Notes: generated by a model from the sequence alone, not told the origin. A stretch of 64,000 nucleotides of DNA from Acidimicrobiia bacterium (GCA_041742825.1 JBGTNX010000017.1:7716-71715); one strand, 5' to 3'. Positions 47,929 through 57,866 are shown, numbered from the stretch's first letter. Numbers and translations: made by a program.

Positions 47929-49096
47929 CTTGGCCGCGTCCCGGATGTGAAACAGCCGTCTTCGCCGCCAGGTAGGTCGTCAGCGGAACTGCTGCCACCA
48001 GCCCGACCGATCCGACCAGGGTGCGGACGATCTCAACTGCGACCACCTCCGAACTCACCACGAACCCCGCGCTCATCCCGGACAGGCTGAACAGGATGAG
48101 CAGCGGCATCGCCGCTCCTGCGTAGGCGAGGAGCAGGGTGTTCACCGTCGAGGCGATGTGATCCCGTCCGACCCTCAAGCCGGCTGCAAACAACTCCGCA
48201 GATCCGAGATTCTCGTTGGCTGACCGAACCTCCCACACCGTCGAAGCCTGGGTGACGGTGACATCGTCGAGCGCACCGATTGTCCCCAGGACTATTCCTG
48301 CGAGGAGCAGCCCGCTGAGGTCGATTCCCGGCACGGCTGTCAGGTAGAAAGCCTCTTCGCCGGCGAAGCCCGAGAACCTCGCGAGGTACAAGACGATCCA
48401 GGAGAGAGCCACGGTGATTCCCAATGCCCCGAAGGCGCCAATGGCCGCCACGTGTGTCAGCGGGTTCGGACCGTGGGTCACGTAGAGCGAGATCAACGCG
48501 ATGGCGCCGCCGCCGACGAGGGCGACCAACACCGCATCGCGGCCGGCGACGATCGCGGGGACGATGAACAACAACAGCACGATGACACTCGCAGTGAGCC
48601 CGAAGAGCGCAAACAGCCCCCTGATCCGCGCCAGGGCGACAACGGCGAGGGCAAAGACCAAAACCACGGCACCGATCAGAGCCCGCCTGTCGCGATCGGC
48701 GTATTGATAGGAGATAGAGCCGTCGTCGAACTCGGTGACGTTGATGAACACCGCGTCCCCGAGCTCGAATACCGGCTGTCCTTCGCCCTCGGAGAACTCC
48801 TGGACTATCGGCTCTCCACCATCACCGAGGTCGAACGCCACTTGATAACAGACGAGGTCAGCCGAGTAGCTGCACGGCTCGTTGGCGACAGATTCAACCG
48901 TTGCGGGGACCGCCTCGTCGGCAAAACCGAGGGCGGTGAGATCGACGTCTGGAGCTTCCCTCGGCACGAGCACGATGAGGCCCACGGTGATGAACAGGAC
49001 CATCGAAACCACCGCTGTCGCCTGCCAGCCAGGAGGCTTCAATCGTCGCCGATCGGGGCCGATCAGGGTTTCAAGGTCGTCAGAGCCGTCGGGCAT
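47903..49096 (-). CDS. YibE/F-like membrane protein
   Basis: N-terminal TM plus extracytoplasmic domain, then about 7 TM helices, typical architecture of the YibE/F family. Confidence 0.6.
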   Translation of the reverse strand: MPDGSDDLETLIGPDRRRLKPPGWQATAVVSMVLFITVGLIVLVPREAPDVDLTALGFADEAVPATVESVANEPCSYSADLVCYQVAFDLGDGGEPIVQEFSEGEGQPVFELGDAVFINVTEFDDGSISYQYADRDRRALIGAVVLVFALAVVALARIRGLFALFGLTASVIVLLLFIVPAIVAGRDAVLVALVGGGAIALISLYVTHGPNPLTHVAAIGAFGALGITVALSWIVLYLARFSGFAGEEAFYLTAVPGIDLSGLLLAGIVLGTIGALDDVTVTQASTVWEVRSANENLGSAELFAAGLRVGRDHIASTVNTLLLAYAGAAMPLLILFSLSGMSAGFVVSSEVVAVEIVRTLVGSVGLVAAVPLTTYLAAKTAVSHPGRGQVSEAGIPG

Positions 49097-49137
49097 TCGA
49101 CGAGGTTAGGCCGAGTGCTGCGCTCGGCGGTGTCAGG

Positions 49138-50847
49138 TCAGCGGTTTGAGTCGACCAGCGAGGACGGTATTGCGTGCTGTGCGACAGCGTCAGGCAGGAC
49201 GAGGGAGAAGCAGGCGCCCCCGAGGCGTTCGGATCGGCGATAGGTAGCCGAGCCGCCATGTGACATCACTATCGCCTCGACTATCGCCAGTCCAATTCCG
49301 AGTCCAGGGTTGGTCGCATTCAAACGATTCGCCCCGCGCTCGAAACGCTGCCAGATGATCGCTTCGTATTTGGTCGGTACGCCGTTGCCATTGTCGTGCA
49401 TCTCGATCACCAGGTCATTGCCCACGACCTTGCTCACCAGGAGCGCTTTATCCCCGCCATAGCGAACTGCGTTGCTGAGGAGGTTCGACAGCGCTTGCTG
49501 TATTCGGCCCGAGTCAACCCGAACCAATGCGTCGGATGTGATCTCCAAATCGATGCTGGTCCCCTCGGATTCGACGCCCCGGAGCGCCGCATGCACTATC
49601 GAGGAGACCGAAACTTCGGCGATCTCGAGGGGGAGATTGCGGTGGACGCCGCGAGCCAGCATCACCAGGTCGGAGACGAGGCGGGCCATGTGGTTTGCCT
49701 GCTCGCTGGCCTCGGCGATCATCTCGTTGCGAGCGTCTTCGGGGAAGTCGTCTCCATCATCGGTCAGCAGGTTGAGATATCCGACGATTCCAGTCAGCGG
49801 CGTGCGCAATTCATGGCTAACCGAAGCAACCAAATCGGAGCGTTGCTTCTCGACCCTCCTTTGGTTGCGGCGGATTGAAACCATCTGGCGAAGGAAGATG
49901 AGGATTCCAACGGCGAGCACTGCGTCGAGGAGAAGCCGCGCATTCTCTTCCGTCGCATTCTCGCGATACGTGTAGACATGGACAGTCAAAAGGCCGGCAC
50001 CGAGCAAGTAGGGCCAGACCAGGGCCATGAATGGCACCTCCAGCTCGGGAAACTCCCGTTTCGCCGGCGTGATGTCGACGATGGCTGCCGCTGCCACATA
50101 CATTGCCGACGCCAACAAGAAGAGGGGCCACGCTGGGGCGGCGTCGGCGAACGAGACGTTGACAGCTGTTTGCAAGTAGATGAAGTCGGAGACCACTTGC
50201 ACGCTGAGGCCGAGGGCGAGAAAGATCAGCCGGGGGTCGAAGCGAAAGTGGCTGCGCCGGATGACCAGAATGATCAGCCCGAACACAACCGCCACATCGA
50301 GGATCGGGTAGGTGGCTGCGATCAACGTCCGCCACCAGGGCGCACCTTCAAAGCTGTTGATCAGGTCCTTGAACAGTGTCGTCCAAACCAGAACCGCCAG
50401 CGAGATTCCACCGACCAGGGCATCGAGGATTGTCGGCAGCCACTCCCTACCCCCGGATTCGACGCGCGCAAGCATGATCAGCGCCACCAGCAACGTTGCG
50501 TAGGCCCCGAGAAAGAAGACATCCAGTGCGCCTACGGATTGAATCTGGAAACCGAGTTCAGTCAGAACTCCGGTCACCAACACGCCCGTCATTGCGAGGA
50601 GCGTTCCGGTGCCGATCATCCGCCAGACGATGCGCTCGGTGCGTTCCAGGCTCTTGGATCTGCGCAAGAACAGTATGCCTGCCGTGGACATCCCCAGGAC
50701 CATTCCGAGGAACCCGATCATATCCCGGGTCTCGGAGCCTTCCGGGAGGACAAGCACAGCAATGATTCCCGCGGCGAGAAGCACGATGACAATGCCCGGG
50801 GCGAGCCATCTCTTGGTGCCCGCTCCGAGGAACGCGGTCGAAATCAT
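49138..50847 (-). CDS. polytopic sensor histidine kinase (no receiver domain, no adjacent response regulator)
   Basis: About 330 aa containing about 10 TM helices, H-box SHELRTPLTG, N/G boxes (LLSNAVRYGG, DNGNGV, GLGIGL). Confidence 0.9.
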   Translation of the reverse strand: MISTAFLGAGTKRWLAPGIVIVLLAAGIIAVLVLPEGSETRDMIGFLGMVLGMSTAGILFLRRSKSLERTERIVWRMIGTGTLLAMTGVLVTGVLTELGFQIQSVGALDVFFLGAYATLLVALIMLARVESGGREWLPTILDALVGGISLAVLVWTTLFKDLINSFEGAPWWRTLIAATYPILDVAVVFGLIILVIRRSHFRFDPRLIFLALGLSVQVVSDFIYLQTAVNVSFADAAPAWPLFLLASAMYVAAAAIVDITPAKREFPELEVPFMALVWPYLLGAGLLTVHVYTYRENATEENARLLLDAVLAVGILIFLRQMVSIRRNQRRVEKQRSDLVASVSHELRTPLTGIVGYLNLLTDDGDDFPEDARNEMIAEASEQANHMARLVSDLVMLARGVHRNLPLEIAEVSVSSIVHAALRGVESEGTSIDLEITSDALVRVDSGRIQQALSNLLSNAVRYGGDKALLVSKVVGNDLVIEMHDNGNGVPTKYEAIIWQRFERGANRLNATNPGLGIGLAIVEAIVMSHGGSATYRRSERLGGACFSLVLPDAVAQHAIPSSLVDSNR

Positions 50848-50922
50848 GCCTACCTATCGGCAGGGCAATGCCGTCTATTTAGGGCTGAAAGTGGCCGGAA
50901 ATGTCATGGTGCCCCGAATCGC

Positions 50923-52179
50923 TCAAACATCACCGGTCAGATCGATTTCGATTTCGGTTTCGGCGGACAGTGCCAGCCAGACCCGTTTCAGTTCGACCAA
51001 CATTGCCTCTATCTGAGACAGAGGGTTGTAGTTGGTGACTGTGAAGCGCAAGCCGCCATGATTTCTCGGAACAACGGGGAAAACCGCGCCATTGACGAAG
51101 AAGCCCGCTGTCTTCATCATCGAGAGGCCTTCGAGCACTTTCTTCGACGCGCCTACCTCGATGAACCAGAGCGGCGTCTCGTCGAAGCTCGCCAGCGGCA
51201 ACCCGATGCTGTCAGCGAAGGCGTTTACGAACTTGATTCGCCGATCCAATTCTTGCTGGAGCCGGGGTAGTTCTGGGGAGAGGTGGATTTCAGCAGACGC
51301 GATGCTCGCTCCCAGCATCGGAGGTGGGATCGGCCCCCCGAAGACGAGGGGTGAGCCCGTGAGGTTGATCATGTCGATGAAGTCCAGGTTGGGGGTGGCC
51401 ACGACGCCACCCATGGTCCCGAACGACTTTGCGAGACCGACCGAGATGACTAGGCGCTCATGCCATCCCGCCCTGCCCATGTAGTTGCCGCATCCGTATT
51501 TCCCGGACCACCCGAAGCCGTGAGCGTCGTCGCAATAGATATGGAGGTTGGGGTGCTTCTCCAGCAATCGGTGCACCCGTTCCACGGGAACCGTGTCCCC
51601 GTGCATCGAAAACACACCGTCCGTGATGAACCACGATGCCCCGTTGTCATCCGAATCGATCAGGCGCCGGTCGAGCTCGTCGACGTCGTTGTGGGAGACC
51701 ATCTCCACCTGGGCACCATTGGACGCAAGAGTCGGAGTCACCGCTAGAAGCGAGGCATGCGCCTGAGCGTCGACATATACGGTGTCACCACCGCGGATGA
51801 GAACCGGCAAGGCAGCGAGGTGGGCCAGAGTTGTGGTGGCGGCCAGGATCACCGGTGCCCCCATCATCTCCTCGAGCCGGTCGCTCAGCTCTCCGTACAT
51901 CCCGAGGGCGGTGTAGGCGATCGACGATGAATACGACGTCCCAAATCGCTGCGCGGCCTCGACGGCACCAGCGATTACCCGTTCGTCGGTTCCCAACCCG
52001 AGATAGGAGCACAAGCCGAAGTTCGCGACTTCCTGTCCCTGGATGATGATCGTGTCGCCGGCGAAGGACTTGTCTTCGATGAGTTGGCGACCTACTCCCA
52101 GCTCATGCGCTGCGGTGCTTGTGGCCCTGAACATGTCAAGTACCCGTTGCGCACGCGTATGGCTGAAGCCCTTTTCCAT
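50923..52179 (-). CDS. alpha-oxoamine synthase family PLP enzyme (divergent BioF/Kbl/SPT/CqsA-like)
   Basis: NFGLCSYLGL, DGVFSMHGD, DDAHGFG, PLP-lysine GLAKSFG; no bio or tdh genes nearby. Confidence 0.8.
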   Translation of the reverse strand: MEKGFSHTRAQRVLDMFRATSTAAHELGVGRQLIEDKSFAGDTIIIQGQEVANFGLCSYLGLGTDERVIAGAVEAAQRFGTSYSSSIAYTALGMYGELSDRLEEMMGAPVILAATTTLAHLAALPVLIRGGDTVYVDAQAHASLLAVTPTLASNGAQVEMVSHNDVDELDRRLIDSDDNGASWFITDGVFSMHGDTVPVERVHRLLEKHPNLHIYCDDAHGFGWSGKYGCGNYMGRAGWHERLVISVGLAKSFGTMGGVVATPNLDFIDMINLTGSPLVFGGPIPPPMLGASIASAEIHLSPELPRLQQELDRRIKFVNAFADSIGLPLASFDETPLWFIEVGASKKVLEGLSMMKTAGFFVNGAVFPVVPRNHGGLRFTVTNYNPLSQIEAMLVELKRVWLALSAETEIEIDLTGDV

Positions 52180-52359
52180 ATATTTTCCCTGATCAGGAGC
52201 TTAAGACAGGTGTCCGGCGTTCCCCGGTATTTGTCGACAGAATGTCGGCAAGATGGCCCGCAGGGCGCTGCGAGGGAAAGAGTTGGGGCCGCTCGAGCAG
52301 GCGATGCCCGCTCCGCGCGGCAGTGTTCGACTGGTGCTCGCCGGTGACCGGACTAGGGG

Positions 52360-53148
52360 CTAACGCAGAGTGTCGGTGAAGAGTCGGGCAATCTTCTTGT
52401 ACCCGCTGTCGTCGGGATGGAGGCAGTCGTCGCCACCGACGAAGTCATCCCGCCTCAGCTCGCCATAAGTCTCCACAACTGTCACGCCGGTGGCCGCGGA
52501 GACACCGCGGATGATGTCATTGAGCCCGGCCGGGAGCGGCCCACCGCCCTCGAGCACCAGATCGGCCAGCGGGGCAAGGTCGGCGAGGAAACAGGCACCA
52601 AGTGGGTTGTAGTAGGTCATAATCGCGATCTCGGTGTCAGATCCCGCCGCCGCGCGGAGCGAGCCAAGAATCTGGCCGAGATTCGCCGTATAGGTGGCGA
52701 ATCCACTGGCGATCACCTCGGTGCACTCCGGCGTCACCCCTCCGGCGCACGCAGCAATGACCGGGTTGAAGAGGTCATTGCCGCCAACGGTCACCGTGAC
52801 CAGGACCACATCGTTGGAGGGGTCGGCATCGGCATTCCGGGCAGTCAACAACTCCAACGCCGGCTGCAACTGATTGGCGATGAGCGAGGTCGAGGTTGCG
52901 CCGGGCACTGCGAGGTTGACCAGGTCGACCGGGGCACAACCGGACGCTACTTCCACGCAATAGAGGTCAGACGCGCGCTGGTTGACGAGCGGAACATACC
53001 CTGTGGTAGCGGGGTCGGCCGCACCATATCCCCAGGCAACTGAGTCGCCCAGTCCGAGATGGACGGGGTTCGCCTCGGTGTCGGCTCCCGCCGTGAGCGG
53101 GACCATCGCCATTGCCATCACCATGGCCAGTACTAACAACCTTCGCAC
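52360..53148 (-). CDS. secreted SGNH/GDSL hydrolase
   Basis: Signal peptide, block I LGDSVAWG, block III GGND, block V DCLHP. Confidence 0.8.
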   Translation of the reverse strand: MRRLLVLAMVMAMAMVPLTAGADTEANPVHLGLGDSVAWGYGAADPATTGYVPLVNQRASDLYCVEVASGCAPVDLVNLAVPGATSTSLIANQLQPALELLTARNADADPSNDVVLVTVTVGGNDLFNPVIAACAGGVTPECTEVIASGFATYTANLGQILGSLRAAAGSDTEIAIMTYYNPLGACFLADLAPLADLVLEGGGPLPAGLNDIIRGVSAATGVTVVETYGELRRDDFVGGDDCLHPDDSGYKKIARLFTDTLR

Positions 53149-53273
53149 AATTCCTCCTCAGACGTGCGCGTCAGAACTTACACCATCCCGCTGGTCGGGA
53201 ACGACATAACCGATTCGATCGATGCCGACTCCTCTGGCGGGCGGCAAGGGTGAGCGTGCCTACTATTGATCGC

Positions 53274-53684
53274 ATGACCGACGACCTGAGTCCCGTCCCC
53301 CAGCCGCCACGCCCGATGAGCGATGCGGACCGAAAGAACTGGGCGATGGCTGCCCATCTGACGGCGTTGATTGCCTTTGTCGGGATCCCGTCACTCATCG
53401 GCCCGCTGGTCGTATGGCTGGCGAAGAAGGACAGCGATGCATATATCGCCGCTCACAGTGCTCAAGCCCTCAACTTCAACATCTCGGTTTTGATCTACAC
53501 AATCGTGGGCTCGATCGCCCTTGGCATCATCGGGCTCGTCACCCTCGGGATCGGGTTTCTTCTGGCAATTCCCGTGGTGATCATCGCCCTCATCGTCTGG
53601 TTGGTCTTGGTAATCCAGGGCGGGCTGGCGGCTTCCCGCGGTGAGCAGTTTCGCTATCCGATGACGATCGACTTCGTCAAGTAG
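53274..53684 (+). CDS. DUF4870-like membrane protein
   Basis: Trimmed to MTDDLS...; WAMAAHLTALIAFVGIP...AHSAQALNF pattern. Confidence 0.6.
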   Translation: MTDDLSPVPQPPRPMSDADRKNWAMAAHLTALIAFVGIPSLIGPLVVWLAKKDSDAYIAAHSAQALNFNISVLIYTIVGSIALGIIGLVTLGIGFLLAIPVVIIALIVWLVLVIQGGLAASRGEQFRYPMTIDFVK

Positions 53685-53685
53685 C

Positions 53686-54213
53686 TCAGCGGCACATCCC
53701 CCGGACGTAAGGGCTCCATGCATCCCAGCCCTGCTGGTCACGGATAACAGCAGCAACTTCGAGGTTGGTCCAGGGATCGAAGAGGTCCAACGCGCTGTAG
53801 CCGAAATGCCCGGCCCAGAACGGCATCACCTGCATCAATCCCGAAGCGCCCGACGTCGGGTTCTTCGCTCCGGGGTCCCCGGCGCTTTCAAACTCCATGA
53901 GACAGAGGGCGCGCGATACATCTTCAGGGCGGAAGTACGACGCAACCAGGGGCGCCCAGCGATCAACACCGGAGCTCGAGCCGACTGACTCACTGGCACA
54001 AGCTTCGACAATCGGGATGAAGTCGTTGAGGTTCTCGATTCGTTCGACGTTCAGCCCTCCGCGGACAGCCTGACGCACGATCGTTGCGAACTGGTCCCAT
54101 GCCTGGCCGCACTCGACGGATGTGGCCAAAGCGGGGGTCCTGGGGACCACGGCCAATGAAACAGCGACGAGGAATACGCAGCAGCGGACGAGCGCGGTGG
54201 ATGATTTGAACAC
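53686..54213 (-). CDS. secreted lytic transglycosylase (SLT-domain) protein
   Basis: Signal peptide; catalytic ...MEFESAG...SGASGLMQV... motif. Confidence 0.7.
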   Translation of the reverse strand: MFKSSTALVRCCVFLVAVSLAVVPRTPALATSVECGQAWDQFATIVRQAVRGGLNVERIENLNDFIPIVEACASESVGSSSGVDRWAPLVASYFRPEDVSRALCLMEFESAGDPGAKNPTSGASGLMQVMPFWAGHFGYSALDLFDPWTNLEVAAVIRDQQGWDAWSPYVRGMCR

Positions 54214-54329
54214 GGTTTAGGCGTTCCTTTCTGGTCGAACGCCTCCGAAGCAACACGACCTGGGCAGATGAGTCGCAACGCCTTTCCCTCCGGGGCTACG
54301 GCTCAAACATCCTTGTTGGCGGCCGGACT

Positions 54330-55007
54330 TCAGCCTGTGGTGCGCCGGCGCTCCTCGTCCCGGGAGATCCCGAGGGTCCTGAGGAGATCTTCGTGGAGCT
54401 GGAACCAGACTGTGTGGTAGGAGTCGAGGTTGTCACTCACATAGGCCGATTCGCCGGCGAGGGCGCGGTCGATTGCTCTCGATAGCCGATCGGCGTAGCG
54501 GCCGAACCGGAGGAGGCGGCCGGCGAGGTCGGTGCATATCGGCTGGGCCCTGTAGTCGATTCGGATCAGGCGGGAAAGGATCTTGTTGTCGTAGTCCGGG
54601 TCGGAATGGTCATTCATGCCCTGAGAGGTACCGAACCGACGTATTTGCCAGTCGGTTGAGATCTGGAGGAGCTTCGGGTTGAGGACCAGGAATCGCTCGT
54701 AGCAACCGTTCACAACCTCACGGGCGTTAGCAAGGTGGAGCTCGACCTCGGTGAGCTCCCGTTCCATTGTTTCACCGTCCCCGGTGAGGCTCCAACCTCC
54801 AAACGGGCCGGAGTCCAGCGAAACCAAGTGCCTCCCGGCATTGCCGTGCAAACGTGTGAGGGTTTCATCCAGCGACAAACCCGCAGCCGTCGAGATCCGC
54901 TCCGGACTCGCCACCCCGATACATCTCAGGGTGTGCAGAACCAGAAATTCCGGGTCCGAGCGGTGAGGCTCGGGGGTACCGCCCTGGTTCACGCCTCCAG
55001 GTCCCAC
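54330..55007 (-). CDS. hypothetical protein, possible N-terminal winged helix
   Basis: 225 aa; LHTLRCIGVASPERISTAAGLSLDETLTRL looks HTH-like; overlaps the APH stop by 19 nt. Confidence 0.45.
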   Translation of the reverse strand: MGPGGVNQGGTPEPHRSDPEFLVLHTLRCIGVASPERISTAAGLSLDETLTRLHGNAGRHLVSLDSGPFGGWSLTGDGETMERELTEVELHLANAREVVNGCYERFLVLNPKLLQISTDWQIRRFGTSQGMNDHSDPDYDNKILSRLIRIDYRAQPICTDLAGRLLRFGRYADRLSRAIDRALAGESAYVSDNLDSYHTVWFQLHEDLLRTLGISRDEERRRTTG

Positions 55008-55783
55008 AACCCGCGGTAGTAGCGAATGCGTTCCCCGTCGGGCTCGATGCCGTACTCATCGAACAGTTCACGCTGGTGACCCTGACCGAAATTCCAGTCG
55101 AGGCTGAGGGACGCGATCGCGAGGTCGGCCCAGCGGTCGCCGACGGTGAGATCGCCGAGGTCGACGTGGCCCACCCAATCGCCGTCGGGAGAGATCAGGG
55201 TGTTTGGGGCACACGCGTCACCGTGGACGACAACCGGGTCAACCAAAGGCGGGGCCGGGCCCAAGGATTCAGGTCGGCGCCCGGCCCACGAGTCAGCTAC
55301 CCAGGCTGGTGGGAAGTCGGCGGTCGGAAGCGAGTGAATTTCCCGCAGGCCGGTCGCAATCGCCCGAACGGCGTCGCGCCGGCGGGCCCGCCATGTGTCT
55401 CCAACAGCGTGGGTGCCGGGCAGCGCCGCGGTCATCAGCCATTGCGCCGTCTCATCCGCACCGAAGTCGATGACACGGGGCGCAGGATGCAGTGGGGAGA
55501 GCCACTCGAGGCGGACCCGTTCCCGATCGAGATCGATACCGGTGGTTCTTGGGTTCCACTTGACGAACCGATCGGCGAACCCAAATGTCAGTCCGCCCAG
55601 ATCATTTCGCCAGACGAGTTCGACCTCGCTTCCGTCCGAGTACTCGAGAACGACCCCGGGGATCGGCTCATCGCCGAGCTTGTGCAGGTCTTTGAGCTCT
55701 GAAAAGTCCGGGTCGGCCATATCGACCGACTGTAACGACACCCTGCGAGCGGCCAGTTCGAATTTCCCGGGCCGTCGACGCAC
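54989..55783 (-). CDS. aminoglycoside 3'-phosphotransferase (APH(3'))-family kinase
   Basis: VVHGDACAPNTL catalytic loop and HVDLGDLTVGDRWADLA motif; the start may be the internal MADPDF (55720). Confidence 0.8.
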   Translation of the reverse strand: MRRRPGKFELAARRVSLQSVDMADPDFSELKDLHKLGDEPIPGVVLEYSDGSEVELVWRNDLGGLTFGFADRFVKWNPRTTGIDLDRERVRLEWLSPLHPAPRVIDFGADETAQWLMTAALPGTHAVGDTWRARRRDAVRAIATGLREIHSLPTADFPPAWVADSWAGRRPESLGPAPPLVDPVVVHGDACAPNTLISPDGDWVGHVDLGDLTVGDRWADLAIASLSLDWNFGQGHQRELFDEYGIEPDGERIRYYRGLWDLEA

Positions 55784-55807
55784 GTACTGCCGACGCTGAC
55801 GAACCGG

Positions 55808-55984
55808 TCAGATCTTGTTGAAGACGACCCCGAGAACGAGAAGCACCGCCCCTCCGGCGAGGGCCCAGAACGAGTACTCGGTGAATTCGGTGAGGAGGCC
55901 TAGTTCATCGCTGGCCACGATGCCGAAGACGATCGCAAGCAGTGACAGCCCGAAAGTTGCCTTGGTGGGTGGTGTGAGTCTCAT
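55808..55984 (-). CDS. small two-TM membrane protein (58 aa, below ORF-track cutoff)
   Basis: Hand-translated MRLTPPTKATFGLSLLAIVFGIVASDELGLLTEFTEYSFWALAGGAVLLVLGVVFNKI*; preferred over the overlapping + strand ORF 55815..56030. Confidence 0.45.
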   Translation of the reverse strand: MRLTPPTKATFGLSLLAIVFGIVASDELGLLTEFTEYSFWALAGGAVLLVLGVVFNKI

Positions 55985-56220
55985 GGCTCCATTATCTCAA
56001 GACGGCCCGAGCGGCGACGGCATTCTTTAAGCCCATTACCGATGGCTAACCAGCGTCAGCGGGCCCGCCGCACGGCAACGTTTCTGTCCGCTCAACTGGC
56101 TACGGTGCCGACCGCTCGAACCGTTCCGGTGACACGACGATGCACAGGATGACACGAAACTAGCCCTTTTCTGGGGGGACCGGAGAGGACATGAAAGGAC
56201 AGACCACATGACGTCAACCT

Positions 56221-56246
56221 CAAAACCCCCTGCTAACCATTGGGGG
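56221..56246 (-). terminator. intrinsic terminator after tRNA-Val
   Basis: Minus strand CCCCC-N11-GGGGG followed by UUUUG, preceded by a second small hairpin CCCGU-GGCG-ACGGG. Confidence 0.6.
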
Positions 56247-56273
56247 AACCCCCGTCGCCACGGGCCTCTCCGG

Positions 56274-56350
56274 TGGTGGGCGTTGAGGGACTCGAACCCC
56301 CGACCCCTGCCTTGTAAGGGCAGTGCTCTAGCCAACTGAGCTAAACGCCC
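56274..56350 (-). tRNA. tRNA-Val (anticodon TAC), CCA encoded
   Basis: Hand-folded cloverleaf: acceptor GGGCGTT/AACGCCC, D-arm GCTC-AGTTGGCTA-GAGC, anticodon arm CTGCC-CTTACAA-GGCAG, T-loop TTCGAGT; 77 nt. Confidence 0.92.
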
Positions 56351-56540
56351 GGAAGCAGCGATTCTACGACAAGTGGCTCCATTCACCACCCCGCGACCGG
56401 GACTAGACCGTTCGCGCGAGGCCAGATTGGTCCCCGGGAACCATTCAGTTTTTCTACGGCTCATCCGATATACGAGCCTGTTGATAAATCCTCAATAGAG
56501 GCCAAGCGTGTTCCTACGCTGGCCAAGGAATAGAACCACT

Positions 56541-57473
56541 ATGGCAAAGAGCGCATCCATCAGACGAGAAGTAAGCGACGAGGCGGTCCGACAGTACCTC
56601 GACGGGATCGGCACATACATGCTGCTCACCGCCGAAGACGAGGTCCAACTCGCCAAGGCCATAGAAGTTGGCAAAAAGGCCGAAGCTGCCTTGCCCGACG
56701 AAACAGATTCTGCCAAACGGCGCGACATGAAGCGGTTGATCCGCACCGGCGAGGAAGCCCGCCAGACCTTCATCCGGGCCAATCTGCGACTGGTCGTGTC
56801 CATCGCCAAACGCTACGGACACGCCCGCCTCCCATTCCTGGACCTCGTTCAGGAAGGCAATCTCGGTCTGATCCGGGCTGTGGAAAAGTTCGAGTATCGC
56901 AAGGGTTTCAAGTTCTCCACCTACGCCACCTGGTGGATCCGCCAGGCCATAACCAGGGCAATCGCGGACAAGAGCCGGACGATCCGGGTGCCGGTGCACA
57001 TGATGGACACCATCACCCAGATGCAGACCGCCGAGTCGAACCTGACCCGGCGCCTCGGGCGCAAGCCTTCAGACGACGAACTGGCCGAAGAGTCCGGGCT
57101 CACGGTGAAGAAGATCATCGAGGCACGGAAAGTTGCACCAGAGCCGATCTCCATTTTCGAGCCGATCGGCGAGGACAACGCAACATTGGGAGACTTCATC
57201 GCCGACGACGAAGCCGCCACACCCTTCGACCTCATCGCCTCCAAACTCAACATCGAAGACCTGCGCAACATCCTCGAGCGGCTAAACGAGCGGGAGCGCA
57301 CCATCATCCAGATGCGCTACGGGCTCGACGGGACGGTGCCGGCGACCCTCGACGAGGTTGGCCGTCACTTCGACGTCACCCGCGAGCGGATCCGCCAGAT
57401 CGAAGCCAAGGCACTCGCCAAGATGAGGCACCCGTCGACACCGGGCAGCCTTCGCGAGCTCGCAGTTTACTGA
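56541..57473 (+). CDS. RpoD-family (group 1/2) sigma-70 factor
   Basis: Start at MAKSAS; region 2 [16 protein letters not shown], region 3, and region 4.2 [24 protein letters not shown]. Confidence 0.9.
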   Translation: MAKSASIRREVSDEAVRQYLDGIGTYMLLTAEDEVQLAKAIEVGKKAEAALPDETDSAKRRDMKRLIRTGEEARQTFIRANLRLVVSIAKRYGHARLPFLDLVQEGNLGLIRAVEKFEYRKGFKFSTYATWWIRQAITRAIADKSRTIRVPVHMMDTITQMQTAESNLTRRLGRKPSDDELAEESGLTVKKIIEARKVAPEPISIFEPIGEDNATLGDFIADDEAATPFDLIASKLNIEDLRNILERLNERERTIIQMRYGLDGTVPATLDEVGRHFDVTRERIRQIEAKALAKMRHPSTPGSLRELAVY

Positions 57474-57515
57474 GCCTGGCTCCGTCCGACGTTTGGTTTG
57501 GTAGCGGGGAGCCAA

Positions 57516-57830
57516 TCAAGCGGACTTGACCAGCTCCCACAACTTGGACAGATCTGCCTCCAGAGGCAGGCCTTTGTCGGAATGGCTGGGCCGCCCTCGA
57601 CCACGGCGTCGGTGGAACGGCTGGCCATCCCAGAAGATGACACCGCCCCAGACCCCCCAGTCGTGACCCTCGCTCAGAGCAACCTGAAGGCATCTCACTC
57701 TCAGGTCACATCCGGCGCAGATCTCCTGGGCCTGGGCCATATCTGCGGGACGTTCCGAGAAGAACCACTCGTGCTCTCCTTCGGAACTACATCGTCCGTT
57801 CTCTTGTATTTCTCGTAATTCTTTGTTCAC
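57516..57830 (-). CDS. whiB7: WhiB7-like transcriptional regulator (4 Cys, GVWGG turn, C-terminal AT-hook)
   Basis: C-x23-CAGC-x5-C cluster, HDWGVWGG, AT-hook RRRGRGRP. Start set at the GTG at 57830, preceded by AGGA. The longer ORF to 57905 would contain the leader terminator. Confidence 0.75.
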   Translation of the reverse strand: MNKELREIQENGRCSSEGEHEWFFSERPADMAQAQEICAGCDLRVRCLQVALSEGHDWGVWGGVIFWDGQPFHRRRGRGRPSHSDKGLPLEADLSKLWELVKSA

Positions 57831-57866
57831 TTCAAAATCCTGATTCTCTTCTTCGTTTGATCGGGG

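Noticed and set aside
54214-54329. Possible cyclic-di-AMP (ydaO-type) riboswitch upstream of the secreted transglycosylase, as is common before actinobacterial cell-wall hydrolases
   Set aside because: I could not find the conserved ydaO elements by eye, and the gap is short. This cannot be supported without a covariance-model search.
55815-56030. A 71-aa + strand ORF
   Set aside because: Low-complexity Ser/Pro/Ala/Arg translation. The opposite strand encodes a clean two-TM 58-aa protein with better codon pattern, though neither is certain.
56170-56273. A 9-bp long-range complement (CCGGAGAGG/CCUCUCCGG) enclosing about 75 nt directly 3' of tRNA-Val. Considered as a structured sRNA or an att site
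   Set aside because: The inner hairpins are explained as the tRNA terminator. No duplicated tRNA 3' end or integrase is nearby, and no known ncRNA motif (for example C-rich 6C loops) was recognised.
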